DNA of 64,000 bases, taken from the NCBI RefSeq assembly GCF_006345805.1, contig NC_042998.1, positions 139,686,001-139,750,000 of the forward strand, read 5' to 3'. The notes under the pieces are model-generated. The model searched no databases. It worked only from the letters and a program-made list of their open reading frames with translations, and was not told the DNA's origin. Made by a program: the position numbers and the translations under genes. The stretch comes from Octopus sinensis (lineage: Eukaryota). Shown here in pieces: positions 1 through 12,482 of this stretch. Numbering within the stretch: the first letter of the stretch is position 1; every line of letters starts with the position of its first letter.

Positions 1-1260
1 TCACAGTCATAACACGTCTTGAACAAGAATCAGTAGTTTACTCAAACGACTTCAACCAATTAACCTCTCCTTCCCGGCAAACAATAGCTCTTTCACCAAA
101 CGAAATACCAATTAGACCCCTTAACAACAAGTTCTGTCACTTCTCAATCGCCTCTTATTGCTATTACGGTGAAGTTCGTTTCTTTTTTTTTGTCTATTAC
201 TTCTTTTTCTTTATTTCGTTTACTTTTTTCTTATTCTCGTTTATTTCTTTTTCGTTATTTTATTCTCTCTCATCTTTATTTGCTGTATATTTTATTTGCA
301 TGTGATTTTCAAAGAAAAGAAAAAGAAGGTGGAAAAAAACAAACTAACAAACAAAGAAACAGAATAAAATAATGTATTGCTCATTACGGGACTGTTATTA
401 AGTCTGAACGAGGTGTTAACACTTTAACCGGACTTCTCTTTCCATGGGAGAAAACAATAGGCGAAGAGAAGAGAATGAGAAGTAGAACCAGAAGATGTAA
501 CATAACCAGAAGATGCAAGCAACAACAACAACAGCGAAGACGACAACACCGATTATGAATGCATGATGAGAAATCAAGAATAAAATGGGGGAATTAAGGA
601 GTGTCCATGTGTGTAGCTTGAATATTGAAAGAACTGCGGAAGAGGAAAGAAGAAAAGGAAGAAAGACAGTAAAGAATGCAAGAAAGTCGTGAAAAAGGAA
701 AAGAGCCGATAAATAAGTATATAAATGAGTAAATAAATATATAAAAAGAGAAACAGTTGGATTGGTAAGTGGAGGAAGATGAAGTTGAAGAGTAAGATTT
801 ATAAATATAGATTATTATGTACATGATAATTGTGTAAGAGCGTGAAAACTGAATAAAGACGGAGAAAAGAAGGGAAGAGAAACTAGACGTAGGGAAGGAG
901 TGAAGAAAAGAAAAGAAAAAAGATTGTTGAGGTGTTAGGTGAGGAGAGGAGCTGTGAAAAAAAGCAAATCACTAAAGAAAGAGATGGTGAACAAAGAGAG
1001 AGGAGGTGTGTGGGAAGTTGGAAAGGACGAAGTCAATACAGAATGACTTCGCAGAAGACAGTGTTTTCACCTGAAAATATCCAATTGGTTGGTCATAAAA
1101 AAATACACAGCGAGTGTTTTACTAATTACCTGCTGGTCTTTTGACTTTAGTCAATTGGTTCTCACAGCAATCTTTATGGACAGCGGCCATTGTTGTTGCA
1201 TGTTTCCATTGTTGTTTTAGTCGTTATTGTTATTTTCTTTCTCGTTAAACGAGCAAATAT

Positions 1261-1261
1261 G

Positions 1262-1357
<96 letters not shown>

Positions 1358-2475
1358 CATACATACATATATACGTGTATGGATGTATATACATATACAC
1401 ACACACACACAAACACACTCATACATATGTGTGTGTGTGTGTGTGCGTATGTGAGTATTTACATATGAATGTATAAATTGATATATGCATATATATATAT
1501 ATACACGAGCGCGCACGCATACATTCCCAGTCACAATCACACGTACGTATGAATATAGCTGTGTGTGAATTAATTATATACGCGCTACATATGTGTATCT
1601 ACGTATAGATTCACCACCACCATCAGCACTAACAACATCACTACCTCCATCACCATCATCGACACCGCCACCAGCACCAGCACCACCACCAGCACCACCA
1701 CCACAACACAAAACACACACATACACACTGCAATAGATGCCTCCCCAAATATTTGTCTATTAATTATTTTCTAATCATATTTCCAAAAGTCTAATCACTG
1801 CAGTGAATGAGAAGCTAACTTATATTGTTGCGCTAATGGGTTCTCTTTAACTACCATCTCACACATACCCATTAACTTTCTCATACATACATACATACAC
1901 ACACATACATGCATATATACACACACACATACATACATCCATACACACACATGCATAAATCCATACATACATACATGCATGCATGCATACATGCGTATAT
2001 ACATACATGCATACATACACACATATCCATCCATCCATCCATCCATCCATCCATCCATACATACATACATACATACATACATGCATACATACACACATAC
2101 ATACATACATGCATATATACACACACACATACATACATCCATACACACACATACATAAATCCATACATACATACATGCATGCATGCATACATACGTATAT
2201 ACATACATCAAACATGCATAAATGTATATATACATACATACTTTCATGCATACATACATGCATACATACGTACATACATATATGCATACATGCATACATA
2301 CTTACATATATGCATACATACATCCATACATACATGCATATATACATGTATGTATGAATGCAATATATACATGTATACATACATACTCATATACATACAT
2401 ACATACAAACATAAATAAATACGTACATACATAAATACGTGCATACACACACGCACACATATACGTATACATATG
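1261..2475. repeat. Compound microsatellite block: (AT)n, (AC)n, (CAC)n, (ATAC)n, (ATCC)n
   Basis: Direct reading; source of the IY/HTY/CMYV pseudo-ORFs. Confidence 0.97.
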
Positions 2476-2480
2476 TATAT

Positions 2481-2722
2481 TTACTCTTTTACTTGTTTCA
2501 GTCATTTGACTGTGGCCATGCTGGAGTACCGCCTTTAGTCGAGCAAATCGACCCTAGAGATTATTCATTGTAAGCCTAGTACTTATTCTTTCGGTCTCTT
2601 TTGCCGAACCGCTAAGTTACGGGAACGTAAATACAACCAGCATCGGTTGTCAAGCGATTTCGGGGTGTCAAACACAGACTCACAAACACATACATACATA
2701 CATATATATATATATATTATAT

Positions 2723-2808
<86 letters not shown>

Positions 2809-3697
2809 ATGAAATAGAAAATAGAAAATAGAAAATAGAAATAAACAGACTCCGACTGCTATTTCTAACTTTTTCGGTATGCGGCTAAGCAACCTGTTGC
2901 CTGCCCCTTCTATTTATATACAATATATATATATACTGAACTTTACAGAAGTTCCTACCGTTAATGGTTATATTTACATGCCGAAATCTACCAGTAAATA
3001 GTTGTTGGTTTTTTGAAAAACCATCGAAGAAATTATTTACTCTCATCATTATATTACTAATTGGAATTTTCACCCCTTACGACAACCCATAGTTTCTACC
3101 CCTAAAGAACTATCTTTGTAATGCGCATGGTAAAACTTTTGGAGGGAAAATTTACGGATTCAATTGTCTATATAGGTTTAGCCTATGCTCGCTTTCTTCC
3201 ACTATTTTGATGTCGCCTGGTCAGAGGTGGAGGTACGTGGCATTTGATAAATCTATGGAAGGTTGCGCCGATGAAAGACATGAAATATATATTCATATTT
3301 CTAATCTAGAAACATGTTCGCAAATAACTGTTAGGCTTTGTTTTCGTTATTTATTCCTTCTGTTTTACATATGTGAATTACAGGGATATGTCGTATGTGA
3401 AGTCCCTCTTGTAGAAAATAGAAATAAACAGTCTCCGACTGCTATTTCTAACTTTTTCGGTATGCGGCTAAGCAACCTGTTGCCTGCCCCTTCTATTTAT
3501 ATACCATATATATACATATATATATATATATATACGACGGGCTTCTTTCAGTTTCCGTCTACCAAATCCACTCACAAGGCTTTGGTCGGCCCGAAGCTAT
3601 AGTACAAGACACTTGCCAAAGGTGCCACGCAGTGGGACTGAACCGAAACCATGTGGTTGGTAAGCAAGCTACTTACCACACAGCCACCCCTACGCCT
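2481..3697 (-). mobile_element. SINE family A (tRNA-derived head, central microsatellite, tail), split by an insert
   Basis: Head 3535-3697 reads on minus strand GGCGTAGGGGTGGCTGTGTGGTAAG (A box) and GGTTCAGTCC (B box); tail 2481-2690 matches tails at 12750-12955, 13690-13860, 25770-25960. Confidence 0.9.
2811..3504 (-). mobile_element. Unclassified ~690-bp insert bounded by 93-bp direct repeats
   Basis: 2829-2921 and 3412-3504 differ at one base (CAGAC vs CAGTC); (TAGAAAA)n run at 2811-2835; sits in the microsatellite of the SINE A copy. Confidence 0.75.
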
Positions 3698-3945
3698 ATG
3701 ATAGGGACGTATTTTGCAAAAAATACTTGATATAGTGACAATATTTGGAGATTTCCTTAAAATATAAATCATTAAATGTATATTAAAAGAAAAGTCTTTG
3801 AATAACAACGACACAAATCTTATGGTAGGAAATTTTCGTATGGTCTGCAAGCGCATTCGCTTTCAAGTTTTTCAAACACACATGTAATGGTGTGATCCGT
3901 AAATGCATAGACGTACATATATACATACATACATACATACATACA

Positions 3946-3979
<34 letters not shown>

Positions 3980-4019
3980 CAAGTGTGCATATTTGTATGT
4001 GTGTATGTGTGTGTGTGTA

Positions 4020-4220
4020 GGTGCAAGCGTTGCTGCCTGGGAAGAAGTTCGCTTTCCATCCACATGGTTACGGGTTCAGTCCCACTGTGTGTGTGTTTGT
4101 GTTTGCGTTTGTCCCTCACCACCGGTTGACAACTGGTGCTGGTTTGTTTACGTCGCCATATACTAGCGGTTCGGCAAAAAGAGACTGATAGAATAAGTAC
4201 TAGGCTTTAAAAAATAAGTA
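4020..4220 (+). mobile_element. SINE family A, degenerate and 3'-truncated at a Penelope junction
   Basis: GGTTCAGTCCCACTG B box and tail GCGGTTCGGCAAAAAGAGAC, ending at AATAAGTAC. Confidence 0.8.
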
Positions 4221-5572
4221 CTCGCCACTTCATCTTTCGGGGATATCCCCTCACCACTATCCACACTGCCCTTGTACGTTCTGTGGACCTTATCTCTGCT
4301 CGCTCTCCTCGCACCCGTCGTGCCGTTGCTGGCCTCCCGTTTCCTCTCACCTACCGCCCATCCACCCTTCCCCTCTAACACACCATTCTCCGAACCTTCT
4401 ACCGACTCCAGTCCGACCCTTCCCTCCTTCAAACCAGTCCAAACCTACGTGACCTCCTGGTCCAAATTTTCTTCTCTAACCCCACCTCTCAACCTGTCTT
4501 GTCTCCTGCTCCTGGCCACGCTGCCACACTTGCCCCTACCTCTCCAACACCACCACCCTCACAAGCACCCATCATCGTCCCTATCATATCACTGACTCCT
4601 TTACCTGCACTTTTAGCAACGTCATTTACTGCATATCCTCCTCTTTCTTCCCTTCTCCGTACATCAGTGCTTGGCTGACCGGTTCGCGGAGCACCTCCGA
4701 GACATTAGACTCGGCAATGACACCCCGGTCTCGTGCCTTTTCCGCTCTATCTGTTATTCATTACAGCACTTGTCTGTGTTCGGATTGTCTTTGTACAGGG
4801 GCCATCCTAACTCACGCCTTCGCCGTGAACAAGAATTAATCTTCTTTCTTCGCTCCTTTGCTTCACATGGGCTCTCCTCTTCATCTGACTCCCCTCCTCT
4901 CTTCTCTTCAGCTGACACCTACTTCATTTCTTCACTCCTACCCACCTTTCCTCTTCTCTCTTCTCTCTTACCCTAACATCTACTTCCTCTCTTCACTCTT
5001 ACCCACCCTCTCCCTTCATTAATACCCACCCCCCATACATCCCACTCCTACTTCCACACCTCCGCCCTCACATCCTCACCCCAAATCCACACCCTGCCCT
5101 CTCATCCCCACACCTCACACCACCACACACCACCACACTACCACATCAAATCACACCACCCCACCCACTCCGCACACGCTAGCACTGACCACTTCCCAGA
5201 ACCCACACCTTCATCTACACACCCAAACCTTCATCTACACACCCACACGCACACATCCACACGTCAAAGTCACCAGCCCCTATCCACACGCACATACACA
5301 CACGCACGCGCACCTTCGTTTTGGGATCACAAGTACTTTATTATCGCCCCTTCTTCCTAGCTCTCCCGTCCAACTATCTTCAACCATTCGCCATCCACAA
5401 GTTTTTTTTCTCTTTCTGTTTATTTCATCGTGTTCCTTTCTGTTGAAGAGCGTAGGCTCGAAACGTATTAGACTTTCTCACCTTCCCGGGCGTCAAACTA
5501 GTTCACCTGCTTGTTGTTTATACACCTGTCTTCGTCTTTTGTTTTTCTGTAAATTGCAGCTATATATACGCC
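4221..5572 (+). mobile_element. Penelope-like element, 5'-truncated: RT C-terminus, GIY-YIG endonuclease, 3' terminus
   Basis: RHFIFRGYPLTTIHTAL from 4223 (PLE RGYP motif); SFTCTFSNVIYCIS and LADRFAEHLRDIRLGNDTPV...RLRREQELIFFLRSFASHGL (about 4590-4875), typical of PLE GIY-YIG; frameshifted; 3' end 5400-5572 homologous to 31982-32200. Confidence 0.88.
5435..5476 (+). ncRNA. Minimal hammerhead-ribozyme-like motif at PLE 3' end (variant core CUGUUGA)
   Basis: CTGTTGA-A-GAGC-GTAG-GCTC-GAAAC-GTA: PLE-type HHR layout with 4-bp stem II; core has U where the consensus CUGANGA has A. Confidence 0.55.
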
Positions 5573-5582
5573 TTGGGCTCCA

Positions 5583-6017
<435 letters not shown>

Positions 6018-6018
<1 letters not shown>

Positions 6019-6340
6019 TAAAACGAGGCATAAATAATGGTCACTGCGTATTTTTTTATTGTAAATTTGCCTTACAGTTGTTTTCAGTAGTCATTATAGG
6101 TTCGTTGTTGGTCGGTTTACTCAATCGGCTCACTGATCGGCTGAGAAAAATTGAACGACCCAGAGAAGCAATACTATTCTCGTTAGAGCCGTTCGTTCAA
6201 TTTCTCTCAGTCGATCAATGGATCGATTGAGTAAACCAATCAATAACGAACCTATAATGGCTACTGGACACAAATGTAAGTCAAATTTACAACAGTAAAG
6301 AAAAATATATAATGATCATTATTTGTGTCTTGTCTTGTAT
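6018..6340. mobile_element. Foldback/palindromic MITE-like element, ~140-bp imperfect arms
   Basis: Left arm ATTGTAAATTTGCCTTACA...CATTATAGGTTCGTT...GGTTTACTCAATCG...TTGAACG (6021-6157) is the reverse complement of 6194-6335; ~35-bp spacer. Confidence 0.8.
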
Positions 6341-7023
6341 ATCACTCTGCATACCTGGAACACACCATGGATCTACAATATAGAACGGTGATGATCTATA
6401 ACCCCAGACTCTGTCACCAGTATATGCGGAGTTGTACTAACAGAGCTTATAAAGTATTTTGCCCGGATTGATCGGCCCTCACTAATAACTTTGTTTTATA
6501 TACATATATTTCGTGTTAGCTTAAGAAGCGATGCTCGGTACCAGAATTTTCGACTCGATTCAAATATGACAAACTACTCCGAATCCTTGTTAGAATGAAC
6601 ATTCGCATAATTGGAGTCTGACCCGGCTAACTTTTACTGGCATCAAGTCGTATAAGTTGTAACATATAAATACTTATACACATATACTGGTATTCCCGTG
6701 TCATTAAAACATGACATCCATGTCATGTTTTAATGGCAGTAAGTAAGCTGAAGGTGATATTTATTAAAGTAAGCTGAATGTGTGATATTTATACATTTAT
6801 ATCACAGAGTTTTTACAACACAACCTACCTGGCTAGGTTCCTATTAAAGTTCATTCTCCAAAAGTTGTATAACATGATGACAAGCTGTTACGGTGAAACA
6901 TAGGTACATCATAATATATACATCTTATTTAATATACGTTCACTTGCATATCTTACCTATGGTTAATACAAATAAGTTCCCATATAAAATGTAATTTTCA
7001 TATGCTAAAGTAAACACATGAGT

Positions 7024-7285
7024 GGAGGCGCGTGGCTTAGTGGTTAGGGTGTCAGCATCATGATCGTAAGATTGTGGTTTCGATTCCTGGACCGGGCGAT
7101 GCGTTGTGTTCTTGAGCAAAACACTTCATTTCACGTTGCTCCAGTCCAGTCAGCTGGCAAAATGTGTAACGCTGCGATGGACTGGCGTCCCGTCCCGCTG
7201 GAGAAGACATACGCCATTGAAACCAGAAAACCGGGCCCATGAGTCTGGCTAGGCTTTAAAAGGGTGCATTTATTATTTTTTATTT
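7024..7285 (+). mobile_element. SINE family D (GGAGGCGCGTGGCTTAGTGGTTAGGG head; TTGAGCAAAACACTTCATTTCACGTTGCTCCAG core)
   Basis: Homologues at 23885-24225, 37965-38222(-), 40718-40960, 45035-45260. Confidence 0.88.
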
Positions 7286-8199
7286 AAAGTAAACACATAC
7301 ATTTTAAACAGTACGCATGTACAGCGTACAGTGTTGCTCCATTCTACATTCCAGGAAACATAACCTCATAACTAACCTCTCCTAACATCTCCACAACTGC
7401 ATTGAATTTAAAATATATACATACACAAACACATACGCATACATATACCTGCACACACATACACATATATAGTATAATATATATCTATATATGGAAGTAT
7501 GTATATATGTATATATGCAGGTGCGTGGTAGAAGCTGTTGCATAACTCTGTGTACGTCGTGTGGTATGCCCACATGGTTACACATGTTTGCATGTGTGAA
7601 CAGTAACACCGCGTGCATGTGTTTATTGTCCGAGTATGTATGCACGTTCGTTTTTTTGAGATTTTGTATTTTCATACTGTTCTTTTTTTTTGTCGTTGAG
7701 TGTGTTGTATGAGTGGGTGTATATAAGTTGCATGCTGTATATAATGTAGGTTCATAGTGTGCGCGCACATCTGTGTGTACTCGCGCGCGTGCACTGCTAC
7801 AATAAATGTATGTATATGTGTAAGTTGAATGCATGCGTGTGTCCGGCGTAATTTCGTGCACGTTTGAATATTAATGTGCTTTTCATGGGGTGGGGTGGGG
7901 TGAGGGGTGTATCTGGTATAGTGCATGAATGAGTGTCTTGTGTGCGTGTGTCTGTGAGTGTGTGCGCGTGCGTGTGTTTGTGCGCGTGTCGTTGTTGCGT
8001 GTTGCGATTGTATAAGACGTTCGTGTGATGTGATTAGGAGAAACTAATTGGGTGTGTTGTATTTGGGTATGAATGTCATGTATGATGACTACACTTCAGC
8101 TTATCTCCCCTATATCTCTCATTAAACTCTTTTCTTTTATTTTCTCACTTCCTGTGACGTTTAATTTGGTGTTATTTTGAGATTCATGAGTAGACTTAT

Positions 8200-8645
8200 A
8201 ACTTCTTTATAATTTTTTCGTCTTTCCGATTTTTCCTCTTCTCTGGTTCATTCTTCTGATGAAAGACTTACATCCGAACTAATACATTTAACTTTTATTG
8301 TATTATATCGTATCTTTCGTGTTGTTTGTTTTTTATTTCCATCTATCAGTGGCTCATAACGGATACACATCTACCAATTCTACTTCGATTCTTATAGTTC
8401 TTACATAACTAGATTTTGGCTTCAGGTTACTATTAAATTACACTTGTTATCTTATATTTTTTACTTTCATCATGCCAATATACCATGATTCTCACTCCTC
8501 CACCCTTTACTTCCTGCTTCTTTCTTGCTCCTCTTCCTTACCCTCTGAAGTTTACTACACTTACAATCTTACAGGTGATTTCACCTGCTCACCGCTTTCT
8601 TGTCGTCGTAGAGAACAAGAACTCATATTGTCTTTCTTAAATTTC
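8200..8645 (+). mobile_element. Decayed, internally deleted Penelope-like remnant
   Basis: NLTGDFTCS fused to RRREQELIL (GIY-YIG start and end); upstream CTGATGA-AAGA-CTTACA-TCC-GAAC at 8256-8279 resembles the motif at 11936. Confidence 0.45.
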
Positions 8646-8649
8646 GTCT

Positions 8650-9540
8650 TGACATGTGGCTACGAGTACACGTCATTGTTTGTCGTGATAAAAGATTATG
8701 CCTTTACGATTAGCAAGTGTTGGTCGCTTCTGGTGGAGCACTGCGTTTAATTTGTCCAATTGGTCACAATACATATCCGAATTGATGATTCTGTCAACAG
8801 GAAGAAACTCATAAAAGACGACACCCTTCCAATCTCACCAATTTGAATGCATATCCGTCTTATGGTGAAGTCCTGCTTTGGCGTTTGCTTGTAGTGGTTC
8901 GCTGTGATTCCTCCATGATCGTTTACGCTTCACTTTGTTATAGAATATCCATTATTTTGTCCCGTCACCATTCCCTTCAAAAAGAAAAAAAAAGATCGTT
9001 TTTTTTTTCACGTTTGTGCTACAAAACGCAGATGGAAATCCGCTGGGCGAAGTTAGCTTCATTCGATTAATGTTCGGCCAAACATTAGGCCTCCTGAATT
9101 GATGCAGATGGTTTTCAACGCTCAATTTCGATATTTGGAGAATATCTGCGACCATCTTGGTCGTATAATGGGGCTTGGCGTCGCTGTTGATCTCGGCTGA
9201 CCAGAGCAAGGTGCATCTTGAACCGAAAAATTTCCAGATCGAAATCTTGAAAACCACCTCTGGCACACACGTTATGTAACAATATCTCTGTACACAGCGC
9301 ATATCTTCCAATGGGTTTCCACCACTTTCTTGCGTTTTTTTTTTTTTTTGAAAATTAAAAAAGCATGAGGTGTTGATAATGTTTATTTTTGTTCTCCATT
9401 TTGAGGGTGATCCCATGCAAAAAAAATGCATCCCGTCTCCTCGCAAGTTCACATCGAACAACGTTGAAGTATCAAGCATCTACTGAATACGAATGCGCAA
9501 GAGAAAGACTGAAGTAAGCTACTTACCAGTGCTTGAAGTT
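8650..9540 (-). mobile_element. Mariner transposase remnant
   Basis: Minus-strand frames give KPHYTTKMVADILQISKLSVENHLHQ, WIFYNKVKRKRSW, DWKGVVFYEFLPVDRIINSDMYCDQLDKLNAVLHQKRP; stops and frameshifts. Confidence 0.85.
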
Positions 9541-9603
9541 TAGTGTTGACAAAAACCGAACTTTTTAGCCAACCCACACATGTTTATTTCTACACACACA
9601 ATA

Positions 9604-10432
9604 TATACAATATTGGTTTCAAATTTTGGCGCAAGGCCAGCAAGTTCAGGGGGTAGGGGTAAGTCGATTACATCGACCCTAGTACGAAGCTGGTACTTAT
9701 TTTATCGACTCCCAATAGAATGAAAGACAAAGTCGACCTCGGCAGAATTTAAACTCAAAACGTAAGGACGGACGAAAAATGCCGCTAAGCATTCTTATTT
9801 CTTTACTGCCTACAAGGGGCTACAGACAGAGAGGACAAACAAGGACAGACAAACGGATTAAGTCGATTATATCGACCCCAGTGCGTAACTGGTACTTATT
9901 TAATCGACCCTGAAAGGATGAATTTGAACTCAGAGCGTAACGACAGACGAAATACCTATTTCTTTACTACCCACAAGGGGCTAAACACAGAGAGGACAAA
10001 CAAGGACAAACAAACGGATTAAGTCGATTATATCGACCCCAGTGCGTAACTGGTACTTATTTAATCGACCTCGAAAGGATGAAAGGCAAAGTCGACCTGG
10101 GCGGAATTTGAACTCAGAACGTAGCGGCAGACGAAATACCGCTAAGCATTTCGCTCGGCGAGCTAACGTTTCTGCCAGCTCGCCGCCTTACACATTACAT
10201 ATAACTTTAGTTTTCTAAGGCGGCGAGCCGGCAGCTTCGTTAGTACGCCGGGTGAAATGCTTAGCAGTATTTCGTCCGTTTTAACGATCTGAATTCAATA
10301 TTTCAGCGAGATCGACTTACCCTTTCATCCTTTCGGGACCGATAAATAAGTATCAGATGAGCACTGGAATCGATGTAATCGATTTAGCCCTCCCTGAAAC
10401 TGCCGGCCTTGTGCCAAAATTTGAATTCAACA
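9604..10432. mobile_element. Cluster of SINE family B (GGCGGCGAGCTGGCAGAA head): minus-strand multimer plus plus-strand monomer
   Basis: Repeated GTCGACCTCGGCGGAATTTGAACTC and GTCGATTATATCGACCCCAGTGCG modules; plus copy 10218-10432. Confidence 0.9.
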
Positions 10433-10759
10433 TTAATTAATTTCCTAATTAATCGTACTTATGACTTTTAAAATCAGTTACCTCCTTATCTCCCTTAGAT
10501 TTTTTTTTTTCATATCTCACTCACACACGCACAATTTTTTTCGTTATCGCAGAAGTATATTTAATAGAAATCATATATTTGAACAAATTATCTAAACCTT
10601 TTAAATAGACTCGCACACGTTTCAAAAATACTCTAGAAACGACCTCATATCAAATATATTTTTTTTATGAGTTATATACTGAGAAACAAAATCATTTGTG
10701 GCATTTCATGTTATTCCGTTATTTATCTATTTCTGGTCGTTCGCTGATCGCCTCAGCCT

Positions 10760-10990
10760 CCCCTCACCCCTGCTACCACCATCATTACTACTGTCACAAC
10801 CACTATCATCATTACCACCGCCATCACCCCTACAAACATCAGCATTGCCATCACCACCACCACCTCCACCTCCACCTCCACCACCATCACTCCCACTGCC
10901 ATCACCACCACCATCACCATCCAGCATCACTACTATCACCACCACCACCACCACCACCGAAACCACCACCACCGCCACCACCACCAGGCT
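10760..10990. repeat. (CAC/CAT)n trinucleotide low-complexity tract
   Basis: Direct reading; yields poly-His/Pro/Thr pseudo-ORFs. Confidence 0.9.
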
Positions 10991-11599
10991 GTTGTATGTT
11001 CGCCATTTGTCAACCAATATGAAAACAAAACTCGACTTTTGTTTATGTATATTATAGGTTTCCGAGAGCTCAGTCAACAACAACAAAAGTAATCATTAGA
11101 AACGAGGCGTGTTGTCGCATGAAAAAATAAAATAAGATAAAATATCACAGTTCTAAAAAATCGATGTCCATTTTCATTCAGAATTAAGAAAGCAAGATTG
11201 GGAACGAAAGGAGAAAAGGTGGAAGGAAAGAGAGCAGGAAGGAAGGAAAGAAAGCAAAATTTAACCTCCTGCCTTCAGATATATTTATATGTATGTATGG
11301 GGTGTATTATAATAAGTTATACAACATTTATGTACGTACATTAAAACACATACATACGTACATACATACATACATACATACGTACATACATACATACGTG
11401 CATACATACATACATACACACATACACACACACACACACACACGCAAATAATGAATATATCTCTTCTCTCCCTTGTTTCTCGCTCCATTTCGTCACCACC
11501 AACACTACCATCGTATATTAATTCATTTTGTTAATATGAGATATACATGTATGTATGTGTGTGGGCATATGTATATATATATATATATAGAGAGAGAGA

Positions 11600-11760
11600 G
11601 GTGTAGGTGTGGCTGTGTGGTAAGAAGCTTGCTTCCCAACCACATGGTTCCGGTTTCAGCCCCACTGCGTGACACCGTGGGAAAGGGACCTCTACTATAG
11701 CCTTGAGTTGACCAAAGTCTTGAAAGTGGATTTGATAGATGGAAACTGAAAGAAGACCGT
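11600..11760 (+). mobile_element. SINE family A head
   Basis: GTGGCTGTGTGGTAAGAAGCTTGCTT...GGAAACTGAAAGAAG, followed by (CA)n(TA)n(TG)n. Confidence 0.88.
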
Positions 11761-11770
11761 TATATACATA

Positions 11771-11893
<123 letters not shown>

Positions 11894-11899
11894 ATATTC

Positions 11900-12280
11900 T
11901 CTTTCACTCACCTCCTTCAGTTTTATATATTTCTTTCGATGAAGGACTAACTTCTGAAACGTCAAAACACCCTTCATTTTAAGCGTAAAACTTGTCTCGC
12001 CAGTGTTGTCTACTATATTCTTCTCACAGGCATCGGAGCGCGAAGCACTCTTCACGAACCCGGGTTCGTGAGATGGTTGTGATCTGTAAACAGTTTTGAC
12101 TAGGAACCGGAAAAAGAAGAATGAATATGCAATGAGCATGTGCACACTGACTTCGTAAAACGGAAGAGAAGAATAAACTCGTAAAGCGCATGTCAAACAA
12201 GTTTTATGATGATCTGCATACCACATCTGACACCACTTTCACGCGACTTCAGTTTTCTTGTGTTCACTGCTTTCATTGTA
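11900..12280 (+). mobile_element. Unclassified insert between microsatellites with hammerhead-like motif and 20-bp palindrome
   Basis: TCGATGA-A-GGA-CTAACT-TCT-GAAAC-GTC at 11936-11963; perfect palindrome TCACGAACCCGGGTTCGTGA at 12052-12071. Confidence 0.45.
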
Positions 12281-12319
12281 TACATCCATCCATCCATATA
12301 TATATATATATATATATAG

Positions 12320-12419
<100 letters not shown>

Positions 12420-12482
12420 CATACATACATACATACATATACAGAAAACACATATACATATATACACACACATATCTATATT

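Noticed and set aside
1-110. RLEQE...LLKRLQP, similar to a PLE GIY-YIG C-terminus
   Set aside because: Needs a frameshift, very short, cut by the window edge
340-1060. Purine-rich tract and ORFs 169-372, 594-824, 932-1144
   Set aside because: Low-complexity GA-rich DNA; no domain motifs or splice support
2829-2921. Hammerhead within the 93-bp direct repeat
   Set aside because: Hairpin and GAAA present but no CUGANGA-like core on either strand
7887-7907. G-quadruplex motif GGGGTGGGGTGGGGTGAGGGG
   Set aside because: Real motif, but embedded in GT-rich low-complexity sequence with no functional context
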